In this document: positions 1-9,166 of the stretch, piece by piece
Position numbering within the stretch: the stretch's first letter is position 1
Layout of the letters: the number at the start of each line of letters is the position of its first letter
NCBI GenBank assembly: GCA_046713235.1
Contig: JBKKBZ010000047.1
Span: 1,828-65,827 of the forward strand
Direction of reading: 5' to 3'
Source of the DNA: Actinomycetota bacterium
Lineage (GTDB): Bacteria; Actinomycetota; AC-67
Length of the DNA: 64,000 nt
The notes under the pieces: generated by a model
Database searches by the model: none
What the model saw: only the letters and a program-made list of their open reading frames with translations
What the model was told of the DNA's origin: nothing
Translations under genes and position numbers: made by a program

Positions 1-258
1 TCGAAGATCGCCGGATGCGTGGCGATCCGAAGATAGGCCATGACCGTCGGCCAGAACAGATAGACGAGATCCGGGCGCGCCACGTTCATGTCCGGGCGTG
101 GGGTTTGGCTTTCGGCGATCGGTACTTCAATAGTAGGTGCGGGCTTCATCGTGGGTTGAATCGTCGCCTCGAATGTCGAGGAGATTGTGCAGTGACTGCT
201 CTCGCTCTGCGGCAAACTTGCGTGCAAGCCGAGCGCTGAGCATTAGAGGTGTGCTCGG

Positions 259-452
259 CGCTGGTTCGGGATGTTGACCCAAAAGAAGATCCGCCGCGGG
301 ACCCATCGTTCGGTGCAAGCTCTTGAGAACGATATCCGCGATTACCTTGGGATCTACAACGAGATCCCAAAGCCCTTCGTCTGACGAAGACCGCCGACCA
401 GATTCTCGAGAACGTGGCGCGATTCGCTAAACGAACTTCCGACTCACGACAC
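259..452 (+). mobile_element. IS630-family transposase gene remnant (C-terminal ~65 codons only, frameshifted)
   Basis: Translation reads RRWFGMLTQKKIRRGTHRSVQALENDIRDYLGIYNEIPKPFV. After loss of one G from the expected TGG (only TG at 382-383) it continues TKTADQILENVARFAKRTSDSRH. This is the conserved tail of IS630/Tc1-type DDE transposases (PFxWTKtADeIL). An in-frame stop at 244-246 means no catalytic region is present. Confidence 0.6.
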
Positions 453-458
453 CAGGAA

Positions 459-1826
459 CTAGGCCCGCTTCGGGGGCCGTTCTGCATGCCATGCGGTTTC
501 TCCTTGATACGCGGCGACTGCGTGCAGAAGAGTTCGCTCGCTCCAGTGCGGGCCCATGAGCTGCCCGCCGATTGGAAGCCGCTCCGCCGAGAAGCCGATT
601 GGAAAAGCAACCGCCGGGATACCGGCAAGGTTGGCCGGAAACGTCGCGCGCGCACAGCCGCCGACGTGAACGTCGATGGCCGTCCCGTCGATCATCACGG
701 TTTCTTGGTCGGCTCGGGGCGCAGGAAAGACCGTGGCCGGCGTGAGCAGGGCGTCGACGTCGGCGAAAGCGCGGCGAAACGCGCGTCGCACGCCGCCGAT
801 TGCATCTCTCGCCGCGAGATAGTCATCCACGCTCACCCGCCCGGCGGCTTCGAGCATCGCCCCAAAGAAACCGTCCAGATCCGGACGTCCCCGCATGTCC
901 GCATGAATGTGGCCGAACTCGGCCAGCGTCACCGTCACCCACGACTCGCGTGAGTGTTCCAGCTCGGGCATCGGCGGCGGCGGCACAAGCTCCGCACCGA
1001 GCGCAGCCAGCACATCTGCGGCGCGCTCAATCGCGTCGCGGACATGACGAGCCATGTGTTCGTAGGGATGCTGAACCGGCACGGCGAGGCGCATCCCCGC
1101 GAGCGGGAGCGGCTCGTAGAACCTCCCGGCGACGCTCCATGCATCCTCGACATCGAAGCCGGCAAGAACATCCAGCATCAGGGCGGCATCGGCAGCGTCG
1201 CCGGCAATGGGCCCGGCGGTGTCGAGCCACGGATTCAACGGCATCGCTCCGCGGATGCTGACGGCCCCGTGCGTGGGTTTGACGCCCGTGGCCCCGCAGA
1301 ACGACGACGGGATGCGAATCGAGCCGCCGGTATCGGATCCGAGTGCTCCTGCGACGATACCGGCGGCAACTGCCGCCGCGGAGCCGCCACTCGACCCCCC
1401 CGCGATCCGGCTCGCATCCCAGGGGTTGCGCACCGGGCCGAACGACGAAATGAGAGAGGTTGCACCGAAGGCCAGCTCATGCTGATTGGTCTTTCCGATC
1501 ACGATGGCCCCCGCGGCACGAAGCCGGCGGACGGCCTCCGCATCGGTTCGTGCGATGTTGCCCGCGTAGGCGGCACACGCGCTCGTAGTCGCGATACCGG
1601 CGACGTCGAAAAGATCCTTGACCGCCACCGGAACGCCGTGAAGCGGCCCGCGCTCGCCTCGGGGGACGCCGTCTGCACGTCGTGCCGCATCGAGTGCGTC
1701 CTCCAACAGAATCGTGAAGGCGTTGACCGAGGAAGACGCTGCATCCGCCAGACCCACGGCCACAAGATCCGCGCTCGTCGCGGCCCCGGAGCGGACGGCT
1801 GCAGCCTGCCGGAGGAGAGCGCCCAC
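459..1826 (-). CDS. amidase (amidase-signature family, GatA-like)
   Basis: Amidase signature [14 protein letters not shown] and [16 protein letters not shown] lie in ORF 459..1883. Start trimmed to the in-frame GTG at 1826, one nt after the upstream gene stop (1828-1830); alternative start at 1883. Confidence 0.9.
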   Translation of the reverse strand: MGALLRQAAAVRSGAATSADLVAVGLADAASSSVNAFTILLEDALDAARRADGVPRGERGPLHGVPVAVKDLFDVAGIATTSACAAYAGNIARTDAEAVRRLRAAGAIVIGKTNQHELAFGATSLISSFGPVRNPWDASRIAGGSSGGSAAAVAAGIVAGALGSDTGGSIRIPSSFCGATGVKPTHGAVSIRGAMPLNPWLDTAGPIAGDAADAALMLDVLAGFDVEDAWSVAGRFYEPLPLAGMRLAVPVQHPYEHMARHVRDAIERAADVLAALGAELVPPPPMPELEHSRESWVTVTLAEFGHIHADMRGRPDLDGFFGAMLEAAGRVSVDDYLAARDAIGGVRRAFRRAFADVDALLTPATVFPAPRADQETVMIDGTAIDVHVGGCARATFPANLAGIPAVAFPIGFSAERLPIGGQLMGPHWSERTLLHAVAAYQGETAWHAERPPKRA

Positions 1827-1827
1827 G

Positions 1828-3018
1828 CTATTGGGAAACCGGCGAGACCGGCATCTCGCCGGCCTCGGAAGCCAGCCGGCCACGACGCAAACCCTCCTGT
1901 GCCGTGACCTGCAAAGCGCCCACGATCGGAACTGCGGCGAAGATTCCCCACACGCCGAGCAGAGCCCCCCCCACGATGACGGCGAGCAAGACCGTGATCG
2001 GGTGCATGTCGATCGCCTGCCGCATCAGATGTGGGGACAAGACGTAGCCGTCGATCGCGTGGGCAACGATGAGCACGACAAGAACGACGAGCAGGAAGGC
2101 CGGAGGCTTGGTCACGAGAGCTACAAGCAGCACCGGCAAGCCACCGATCCACGAACCCAGAACCGGAACCAGATTTGCCAAGCCTACGATGACCCCCAGC
2201 AACAGCCAGAACGGCATGCCGACCAGCCACAGCCCCAGGCCCGTCACCAGACCGACCACGGCGGAGATGATGAGTCGTGCTCTCAGGAACCCGGTGAAGA
2301 CTTCGCGAAGCCGCGCGGAGATCGGAGCGAGCTGCGCGCGACGCTCGGCCGGCACGAGCCGCGTGAAGGCCACTCCCATTCTCGGGAGTGCCAGCAGCAC
2401 GTAGATCCCGAGAAAGAGTCCGACGATGATCACGACTGAAAAGTGGGCGAGTCGCAGCCCGAATGCTGCGAATCGCGATAGCTGCGACGGGAGCAGGTCC
2501 GCATTCTCCGTCACGTAGTCGCTGATCGTCCGAGCGATCCCCGAACCCAGCTCGTCTTGCCGCAAGCGTTGTGATACGCGAGCCGCGAGAGATCCACCCT
2601 TCTCCAGAAGGCTCGGGAGGTCGGCGGCGAAGGCCTGGCCCTGGCCGACCACGGCGGGAATCCCCACGAACGCAAAACCACCGATGGCGGCAAGAAGAGC
2701 AAGATAGACGACGGCCACCGCTATCCCACGGCGGACGCCCCGAGACACCAGACGTGTTACGAGCGGCTGGAGGAGAAGGACGAGGACCAGCGCGAAGATC
2801 ACCGGCGGCAAGAGGACCTCGATCGTTCGCAGCGCGAGGATGAGGGCGCCGGCCACCACGAAAATCCCCACGAGCGACCACGATGCGATGCCCGCCCGCA
2901 CGATCAGCTCGCTGGCGGTGGGGAGTCGCTCCTCCGGCAACGGCGGCGCCGCGGGACCGGCGGCGATTTCCTCGATCGCCCCACCCGGGCCGAGGGGATC
3001 CGAACGTTTACGCGTCAC
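1828..3018 (-). CDS. AI-2E family transporter (PerM-like permease)
   Basis: Multi-TM protein with the conserved block GLANLVPVLGSWIGGLPVLLVAL and HAIDGYVLSPHLM. The first 168 codons of track ORF 1828..3522 are Arg/Pro-rich junk, so the start is placed at the in-frame GTG at 3018 (start uncertain). Confidence 0.85.
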   Translation of the reverse strand: MTRKRSDPLGPGGAIEEIAAGPAAPPLPEERLPTASELIVRAGIASWSLVGIFVVAGALILALRTIEVLLPPVIFALVLVLLLQPLVTRLVSRGVRRGIAVAVVYLALLAAIGGFAFVGIPAVVGQGQAFAADLPSLLEKGGSLAARVSQRLRQDELGSGIARTISDYVTENADLLPSQLSRFAAFGLRLAHFSVVIIVGLFLGIYVLLALPRMGVAFTRLVPAERRAQLAPISARLREVFTGFLRARLIISAVVGLVTGLGLWLVGMPFWLLLGVIVGLANLVPVLGSWIGGLPVLLVALVTKPPAFLLVVLVVLIVAHAIDGYVLSPHLMRQAIDMHPITVLLAVIVGGALLGVWGIFAAVPIVGALQVTAQEGLRRGRLASEAGEMPVSPVSQ

Positions 3019-3100
3019 TGAGGCAAGCGTACCTCGGCGGTGGCTTGCACAACGTTGACGGGGCCCCCGAAGGGGCCCCGACCGAGTTTCGTGGGCCGCG

Positions 3101-3583
3101 CTACTTGCCGTCTTGGCGGTGCTCCGAGCTCTTCCCCCGCCCCTCACCGCTGCGTCCCGGCGCATCGGCGCTGCCACCGCGGGAGGCAGACGCGCCGCCG
3201 TGCTCGGGAGCAGCTTCCTGGTCATCGAGGGCCTCCCCGAGCGCGGTCGCGAAATCGCAGTCTTCGCCGGTCTCGTCGCTTTGCGCGACCTCGCTAACGA
3301 ACTGCCCAAAGAAGCGCCCGTGCAGCTCCTGGTCCTTGGCTTCGTGGGCCCAAGCAGACACGCAGGCCCCGTGGTTATCCCCGGCCGCACCGGAGGCTTC
3401 GGAGCCGCCGCCTCCCTCGCCGGCCCCCTGGGATCCGGCGAGCGCGGGGGGCGCCTCGGGCCGGGAATCCTTCCCGGCGCCGACCGGGTTCGTTCCGGCC
3501 GTGGCTCCGGCAAAGGCTGCACCCAGAACGATAAGCGCAGCCGCCCAGGTCAGGATCATCGCCCCACGTCGTCCGTGTCGCAT
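3101..3583 (-). CDS. secreted hypothetical protein (Gly/Ala/acidic-rich)
   Basis: Start ATG at 3583 is preceded by AAGGAG at 5 nt spacing. Signal-like N-terminus MRHGRRGAMILTWAAALIVLGAAFAGATAG. No recognisable domain. Confidence 0.5.
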   Translation of the reverse strand: MRHGRRGAMILTWAAALIVLGAAFAGATAGTNPVGAGKDSRPEAPPALAGSQGAGEGGGGSEASGAAGDNHGACVSAWAHEAKDQELHGRFFGQFVSEVAQSDETGEDCDFATALGEALDDQEAAPEHGGASASRGGSADAPGRSGEGRGKSSEHRQDGK

Positions 3584-3676
3584 CGGCACTCCTTCCGTAA
3601 TCATCAAAGCAGGTCTGCCCTGAACAGCGCGTGATACGCCGGAAAGGATACGTCCTCGGAAGGTCGAATCGGACGC

Positions 3677-4411
3677 CTATCCGAAAAGAAATCGCCTGAG
3701 CACGAAGAAAATCCCTCTCTTGCGGGTCTCACGATGGGCAGGGGCCAGGCGCACCTCCGGCTCGGCCGGACCGGCGACCTCGAGGTCGCCGAGCAGCTTC
3801 TTGATCATGGCCTTGGTCCGAAGGCGAGCCAATCGCTTTGGTGAAGGAAGCGGTGCCCCAGACGGAACAGCCGGCACGATCTGGTTCACAGACGGAGGCG
3901 CGACCACCGCGCCGGGAACCGTGGACGCGGGCATCGACGCAGCGGGGGCCGGCCGGGGTGCCGGGGCGCTCCGGCAGAAGAAGATTTGCGTCACGTAGAG
4001 CAGACCGTCTTTCCACACGACCCCGATGCCGACCCGATCCACCGGAGACAGGATCTCCTCGCGATGCGGGGGCGAGTCCATCAAACCGTTGTGGACGGCT
4101 TCCACTTTGTCGCCTGTCCCGACGTTTTCCCCCGGATCCCGGCAGCCGTACACGTCGCCGGAGAGCGAGTCGCTGTGAAATGCCGATCCGCGAGCCGCCA
4201 TGTCCTGGGAATGGCGGCGAGCTTGGTCGGATACCTCGGTGTCCAACGTCAGCGGTGACAGACCGCGTGCGCTTCGTTCATTGTTTATGAGTTCGCGGAA
4301 GCGGTGCTCCTCGGCCGTGGCGGCGAGCGCGGGGCGCATGGCAAGGCCGAGCAACATCGCTGTGATGATCGCGACTGCGGCAAACTTGCGTCGTGCTGGG
4401 ACCTCTCCCAT
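3677..4411 (-). CDS. CAP/SCP (YkwD-like) domain secreted protein
   Basis: Signal peptide plus CAP-domain motifs: INNERSARGLSPL, HSQDMAARGSAFHS, MDSPPHREEIL, VGIGVVWKDGLLYVTQIF. Start ATG at 4411 is preceded by GGAGG at 5 nt; an upstream ATG at 4432 lacks an RBS. Confidence 0.8.
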   Translation of the reverse strand: MGEVPARRKFAAVAIITAMLLGLAMRPALAATAEEHRFRELINNERSARGLSPLTLDTEVSDQARRHSQDMAARGSAFHSDSLSGDVYGCRDPGENVGTGDKVEAVHNGLMDSPPHREEILSPVDRVGIGVVWKDGLLYVTQIFFCRSAPAPRPAPAASMPASTVPGAVVAPPSVNQIVPAVPSGAPLPSPKRLARLRTKAMIKKLLGDLEVAGPAEPEVRLAPAHRETRKRGIFFVLRRFLFG

Positions 4412-4790
4412 TCCAGCCTCCGTCGGGGTCATAACTAGTCAGCATTGAGGGGGTAACGCGGCATGAAGGAACGGCCGGGTTTACCGCTTCGTGCTCGCTG
4501 AGGCCCTTCAGGCTGGAATGAAATGTTTTCGTCGTCGAGTGGTGCGAGCTTCTCCGAAAACTGACGGGAAAACACCCTCGACTCCGTTCACGGGGTGTCG
4601 TATGTTCCCCCGACGACGGGCGTCGGGCGCGTCGGAGCGACGGGAGCAAAGCATGGGGCGGGCAATCCGCAGAATGGGCCGGCCGGTTGCGCGGCGAGTG
4701 GTGTGGGCCGAGCGAAGGATTCTTCAGGCGATGATGATGCCGGTGGTGATCGTGGTGGAGCGCAAGCTGCGAAGGTCGCTCTAGACCGAG

Positions 4791-6464
4791 CTAGCGGCGT
4801 CTCAGCAAATCCCAGCCCAGGGCGAGGGCAAATGCGCCGCCGACACCAAGTCCTGCTTGAACGGCCCAAACGGGGACCGATTCCGCTCCGGCGGCGATCG
4901 ACGCCGAAACCAGTGCCGCGGCGGAACCCAGCGCAAGGGAGACGCGCCGTCCGGCGCGACGAATGATTTCTTCGAGCCGCTCCGTTCCGCGGAACTGCAC
5001 CTGGAGTCGCCCGCCCTTTGCCCCGCTCATCAAGCTCTCTACCGCCGACAGCAAGCGCCCAAATCGTGCCTGGGTCTTCGACGCCTCGTAGAGCAACTTG
5101 CTCGGCGAGATACGTGCACGGACCTTGCCGAGCAGATGCCGCGCTAGGTAAGAGCCGGCGATCGAGAACGGGTCCAGCTCCGGATCGAGCTCGGCCGCGG
5201 CCAGCTGCATCTGCGCCAGGGCTTTCGCCGTCAAGGCCAGCGACGCCGGAAGCCTCACCTCGTGCTTGAGAGCGACCTGGGTCACCTCGGTGAGAAGCGG
5301 TCCCAACTGGATCTCTTTCAACGACAGGTGGCGGTAGCGCTGGAGAATCCTGCCCATGTCGGCGATGTAGCCTTCGAGGTCGATGTCGATCGACGGATCG
5401 CGGTCCGACAGCGACAGAATCGCCTCCGACAAGAAGGTCGCGTCCTCCTGCCAGAGCGCCATGACCATAAGCAGCAAGGCATCGCGCAATCCCTGGTCGA
5501 GCTCGCCGACCATTCCGAAGTCGAGGAAGTAGATCCGGTCCCTAAACCAGCGAAGGTTGCCGGGATGGGGGTCTGCGTGAAAGAACCCGTCGGACAAGAC
5601 TTGCCGGTAGTACGACTCGAGCAGTTGTCGCGCGGCGTCTTTACGTTCCCGCCCCTCGGGGGCCTCCCGCATGCTGACGCCACGGATGTCTTCCATGACG
5701 AGCAGCCGCGGACCCGTGAATTGCTCGTAGACGATCGGAACGTCGAGCCGGTTATACGAAACCAAGATCTCGCGCATGCGTTCGATGTTCTTCGCCTCGT
5801 TCGTGAAGTCCAGCTCGCGGCGCAAGCCCTCGGAGAGATGCTCGGTCATGGCCGGAAGGTCCATCATGCGCCGGAAGGCGTCGCGCCTGGCCGTCTTCTC
5901 TGCGAAGAGGCGAAGCAGGTCGAGGTCTTGGGTAATCAGTCGCTCGGCGTCTGGTCGCTGAACCTTCAAAACAATCGGGCTTCCGTCGAACAGCGTCGCG
6001 CGGTGAACCTGTGCAATGGTTCCGGCCGCGATCGGCGTTGGTTCGATGGACCCGAAGGCATCTTCCCACGGCACGCCCAGGGAATTCTCGATCGCCCGGA
6101 CGACTTCTTCCTCGCCGAGCGGCGTAACCTTCTCTTGCAAGGTCTCGAGCTCTTCGATGAAAACGGCCGGAAGCAGATCCGGTCGCGTCGAGAGGATCTG
6201 GCCGAGCTTGGAGAACGTCGGCCCCAATTCTTGAAGCGCATCGCGGAAGGAGCGCGCGCGCCGGCGCAGCGTGTCTGGATCCGTCGCGTCGCCGAAGGCG
6301 AAATCCTTGAGCCCGTGCCGCGTCATGACCGATGCGATGCGCGCTCCGCGCCGAAGGAGCTGACCCGGGGCCGGCTCGGCGGATGCCGGCTTCTTGGCGG
6401 GCGTGGAACTCGAGCCCTTGCGGCGGCGCGTCGCCGGCGGCTTGCGGGGCGGCTCTGCAGCCAC
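4791..6464 (-). CDS. ABC1/UbiB (AarF) atypical kinase family protein
   Basis: Hallmark ELGPTFSKLGQILSTRPDLLP, AAGTIAQVH and FFHADPHPGNL motifs, with C-terminal TM segments. Confidence 0.9.
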   Translation of the reverse strand: MAAEPPRKPPATRRRKGSSSTPAKKPASAEPAPGQLLRRGARIASVMTRHGLKDFAFGDATDPDTLRRRARSFRDALQELGPTFSKLGQILSTRPDLLPAVFIEELETLQEKVTPLGEEEVVRAIENSLGVPWEDAFGSIEPTPIAAGTIAQVHRATLFDGSPIVLKVQRPDAERLITQDLDLLRLFAEKTARRDAFRRMMDLPAMTEHLSEGLRRELDFTNEAKNIERMREILVSYNRLDVPIVYEQFTGPRLLVMEDIRGVSMREAPEGRERKDAARQLLESYYRQVLSDGFFHADPHPGNLRWFRDRIYFLDFGMVGELDQGLRDALLLMVMALWQEDATFLSEAILSLSDRDPSIDIDLEGYIADMGRILQRYRHLSLKEIQLGPLLTEVTQVALKHEVRLPASLALTAKALAQMQLAAAELDPELDPFSIAGSYLARHLLGKVRARISPSKLLYEASKTQARFGRLLSAVESLMSGAKGGRLQVQFRGTERLEEIIRRAGRRVSLALGSAAALVSASIAAGAESVPVWAVQAGLGVGGAFALALGWDLLRRR

Positions 6465-6467
6465 CGG

Positions 6468-6863
6468 TTACCGCCGCCGCTTCTTGCGATCTTTGGGATC
6501 GCGCGTATCGACGATGATCACCGTGCACCCCGCCTGGTGCGATACCCGGTTCGGGATGTTGCCCAGAAGGAACTCCTTGCGGTCGCTCATACCGTAATTT
6601 CCGATGACGATGGCGTCGGCGTCGAGAGTGTCGGCCGTTTCACATATGGCCTCGGCGGGGCGCTCGTCCTCCACGATCTCCAGGTCGGCGGCGGCAGCCG
6701 TGGCTTGCGCCTCGAGGGCTTGCTCCGGCACGGCCACACCAGGTGCATGCACGTGGACGACGGTCAGGCCCGCACCAAAGCACCGGGCAACCTGCGCGGC
6801 GAAGGCCACAGCCCGCCCGGACCGCTCACTCCCGTCACTCGTTGCGACGATTCGCTTGAGCAT
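6468..6863 (-). CDS. universal stress protein (UspA family)
   Basis: MLKRIVATSDGSERS...LTVVHV...DAIVIGNYGMSDRKEFLLGNIPNRVSHQAGCTVIIV is the typical USP fold signature. Start at ATG 6863. Confidence 0.85.
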   Translation of the reverse strand: MLKRIVATSDGSERSGRAVAFAAQVARCFGAGLTVVHVHAPGVAVPEQALEAQATAAAADLEIVEDERPAEAICETADTLDADAIVIGNYGMSDRKEFLLGNIPNRVSHQAGCTVIIVDTRDPKDRKKRRR

Positions 6864-6897
6864 CGGGCGTGATGCTACCGGAAAGGATCCAGCAACC

Positions 6898-7554
6898 TCA
6901 CCGCCCGCCACCGGGCGTTTCGCGTAGCACGACCCGAGCGACCAAGAGCCGCTGCACCACTGTGAATGCGCCGAGCACGGCCAGTGCGCCGAGAGCGTAC
7001 GGCAGCGCTCCCGGGACGAGCAGCCCGATCACGAGGAAGGTGAATCGCTCGGCTCGCGCGAACGCACCCTCCCCCATCCTGGCCCCCCGCGCTTCCGCCT
7101 CTGCGCGGACGTGGCTGACGAGGAGCGACACCCCGAGCGCCGCCAGGGCGAGGGAAGCCGGGACGCGATCGTGGCGCAAGGCGAGGGACAGGAACAGACC
7201 GCCGAGAACCAGCGCGTCGGAAATCCGGTCGAAGACCGAGTCGAGCCATGCGCCCCGCGGTCCCGAGATGCCGCGCGCCCGCGCGACGGCGCCGTCGAAG
7301 ACGTCGAGCGCGCCGCCGACCATGAGCAGACAGGCAGGAGCCGCGCGCAACCCGCGAGCGAGCAGCACGGCGACGACGCTGTTCACGGCAAGGGAGGCAA
7401 CAGTGAGGTGGTCCGGCTTGACGCGGAGCGCAAGCAGTTGCCGGAGTCCCCACCGGTAGGGACCGGCTAGGCCCCAGCGGAGTGCCGGAGCGACCAAGCC
7501 CGCGACTTCGCGAGGCTTCGGCCGCCCTCCCGAGGATTGGTCGCCGCCGGGCAT
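6898..7554 (-). CDS. CDP-alcohol phosphatidyltransferase family protein
   Basis: Exact DG(x2)AR(x8)G(x3)D(x3)D motif in DGAVARARGISGPRGAWLDSVFD, in a multi-TM protein. Start at ATG 7554, just below the bpa stop. Confidence 0.85.
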   Translation of the reverse strand: MPGGDQSSGGRPKPREVAGLVAPALRWGLAGPYRWGLRQLLALRVKPDHLTVASLAVNSVVAVLLARGLRAAPACLLMVGGALDVFDGAVARARGISGPRGAWLDSVFDRISDALVLGGLFLSLALRHDRVPASLALAALGVSLLVSHVRAEAEARGARMGEGAFARAERFTFLVIGLLVPGALPYALGALAVLGAFTVVQRLLVARVVLRETPGGGR

Positions 7555-7561
7555 CGCCCGG

Positions 7562-8053
7562 CTAGAGGTACTGGCCCGGAGGGGTCGGCGTTTCTCCCAT
7601 CCCGGGCGGCAACCCCCGCCGCCGCATCTCCTCGAGCTGGGCCTGGGCGGCAAGCTGCTGGGTGGCGATCGCCGCCTGGATTCCTTGAAAGATGCCCTCG
7701 AGCCAGCCGAGCAACTGGGCTTGCGCAAGGCGAATCTCGGACTCCGACGGGGTGCCGGCCGACAGCGGAAGCGCAACCCGATCGAGCTCGTCGGCCAGCG
7801 ATCCCGACATCCCGGTCTTCAGTTCCTCGAGGACTCGCAGGTGGATGTCCCCGAGCTTGCGGCGGCCGTTCTCGTCGACCGGGGCGCGGCGAACCTCCTC
7901 GAGGGTTTCGCGGACCATCATCGCAATCCGCAAGAGCTTGGCCGGCTGCTCGACCGCCGGCCCCTCCGGGTGGGTCGCAGGGCCCTGCTCCCGCGGCTGC
8001 TGGGCCTCGGACGGAGCGGTTTGGGATTCCTGGGGCTTGGGCATGGCGCCCAT
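7562..8053 (-). CDS. bpa: bacterial proteasome activator Bpa (PafE)
   Basis: EQPAKLLRIAMMVRETLEEVRRAP...IRLAQAQLLGWLEGIFQGIQ closely parallels M. tuberculosis Bpa as I recall it. The protein ends in the proteasome-docking motif GQYL. Start ATG at 8053 is preceded by GGGGAAGG. Confidence 0.9.
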   Translation of the reverse strand: MGAMPKPQESQTAPSEAQQPREQGPATHPEGPAVEQPAKLLRIAMMVRETLEEVRRAPVDENGRRKLGDIHLRVLEELKTGMSGSLADELDRVALPLSAGTPSESEIRLAQAQLLGWLEGIFQGIQAAIATQQLAAQAQLEEMRRRGLPPGMGETPTPPGQYL

Positions 8054-8195
8054 TCTTGCGCCTTCCCCTTGCGGGGGCAACGTGGGCGTCTCTACGACAA
8101 AAGCATCAGGAGGATTTCGGCGATACCCGCCGTGTGCCGCGGCCCATCCGACGGCAGGATGTGGGCTCACGGGCGCCTGAGCCGCTGGGCGGGGC

Positions 8196-8885
8196 TCAGG
8201 CGCCCCGCTCCACTTTCGTCAGCCCCCACTTGAGGCCCATCACAACGGCCTCCAGCTTGGAGTGAACCTCGAACTTGGTCAACAGGTTGTGAACGTGCGT
8301 GTCCACCGTGCGCGGAGACACGACGAGTCGTCGTGCAATCGCGCGGTTGGACAATCCCTCGGCCAGCAAGCCCAGGATTTCCGTCTCCCTCGGCGTCAGA
8401 AGCGAGGCCATCTTGTTCGCCTCGACTTGCTCGGACCGCTCCCGGGCGAGCCGGCTCAGCACCCGCGCAAGCATGTCCCCGGGAATGAGGATCTCCCCCG
8501 CCGCGGCTCGTCGCACCGCCTCTGCAACCTCGTTTACGGCGTGAGCCTTGGTGAGGTATCCGCTGGCTCCCGCTTCGGCCGCGTCGGCCAGACGCTCTTC
8601 GGCAGGCTCGACGGTGAGCACGACTACCTTGCATTGCGGAAGGAGGGATTTGATCTCACGGGTCGCTTCGATGCCGTCCTTGCCAGGAAGGTTGATGTCC
8701 ATCAGGACGACGTCGGCGCCTCGGTCTACCGATTCCTTCGCTGCGTCCATACCGCTCAGGACCGGTTCACCGACGACTTCGAGGTCCGGCTCCCGGTCGA
8801 GCGCAAGGGTCAGCGCCTCGGCGAAAACGCGATGGTCGTCAACGACGACGACGCGGATCCTGCGGCCGGCCTCGAGGCTGCTCAT
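8196..8885 (-). CDS. NarL/FixJ-type two-component response regulator (REC + LuxR HTH)
   Basis: Receiver VVVVDDH...VVLMDINLPGKDG...KVVVLT plus LuxR HTH LTPRETEILGLLAEGLSNRAIARRLVVSPRTVDTHVHNLLTKF. ATG at 8885 is preceded by GGAGGAGGG. Confidence 0.9.
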   Translation of the reverse strand: MSSLEAGRRIRVVVVDDHRVFAEALTLALDREPDLEVVGEPVLSGMDAAKESVDRGADVVLMDINLPGKDGIEATREIKSLLPQCKVVVLTVEPAEERLADAAEAGASGYLTKAHAVNEVAEAVRRAAAGEILIPGDMLARVLSRLARERSEQVEANKMASLLTPRETEILGLLAEGLSNRAIARRLVVSPRTVDTHVHNLLTKFEVHSKLEAVVMGLKWGLTKVERGA

Positions 8886-9100
8886 CGGTTGCCCTCCTCC
8901 TGCACTTGCAACTCGCTCAGCACCGGGATGCCGGACAGCATTTCGGACAGTCGCATCCCTTCTCGCTCGATCGTGTCCAGCAGGCGCTCGCGTTCGCCGG
9001 ATTCCATCGTGTCCCAATCCCGGCGCAAGACCTGGGCGAAACCGATCATCGTGACGAGCGGCTGCTGGAGATCGTGATTAAGACTTCGTCTCGCGGTCAT
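8882..9100 (-). CDS. stand-alone HisKA/DHp-like domain protein (72 aa, no sensor, no ATPase domain)
   Basis: MTARRSLNHDLQQPLVTMIGFAQVL carries an H-box of the SHDLxxPL type. The ORF stops by ATGA overlap with the response-regulator start (8882-8885). The upstream in-frame sequence is antisense to gene 9167..9736. Confidence 0.55.
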   Translation of the reverse strand: MTARRSLNHDLQQPLVTMIGFAQVLRRDWDTMESGERERLLDTIEREGMRLSEMLSGIPVLSELQVQEEGNR

Positions 9101-9102
9101 AC

Positions 9103-9121
9103 AGGCTAGTAAGGATAGCCT
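9103..9121. promoter_or_regulatory. perfect inverted repeat AGGCTA-N7-TAGCCT in a divergent promoter region
   Basis: AGGCTA at 9103-9108 and TAGCCT at 9116-9121 sit directly upstream of the DHp-only/regulator operon and 46 nt upstream of divergent gene 9167. Operator function is inferred only. Confidence 0.3.
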
Positions 9122-9166
9122 CTCCGGGCCATGCGCTCCTGATTCCGGTCTGTCGAAGCTTGGGCC

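Noticed and set aside
4412-4790. Specific call as a ydaO/c-di-AMP riboswitch
   Set aside because: Only short fragments resemble the consensus as I remember it, and the characteristic ACCCGA..CCGACAGCU.ACCUCG block is not present. It is kept only as an unclassified structured leader.
5262-6872. 536-aa plus-strand ORF
   Set aside because: It is antisense to the UbiB kinase and USP genes, both of which have clear family motifs. No domain signature.
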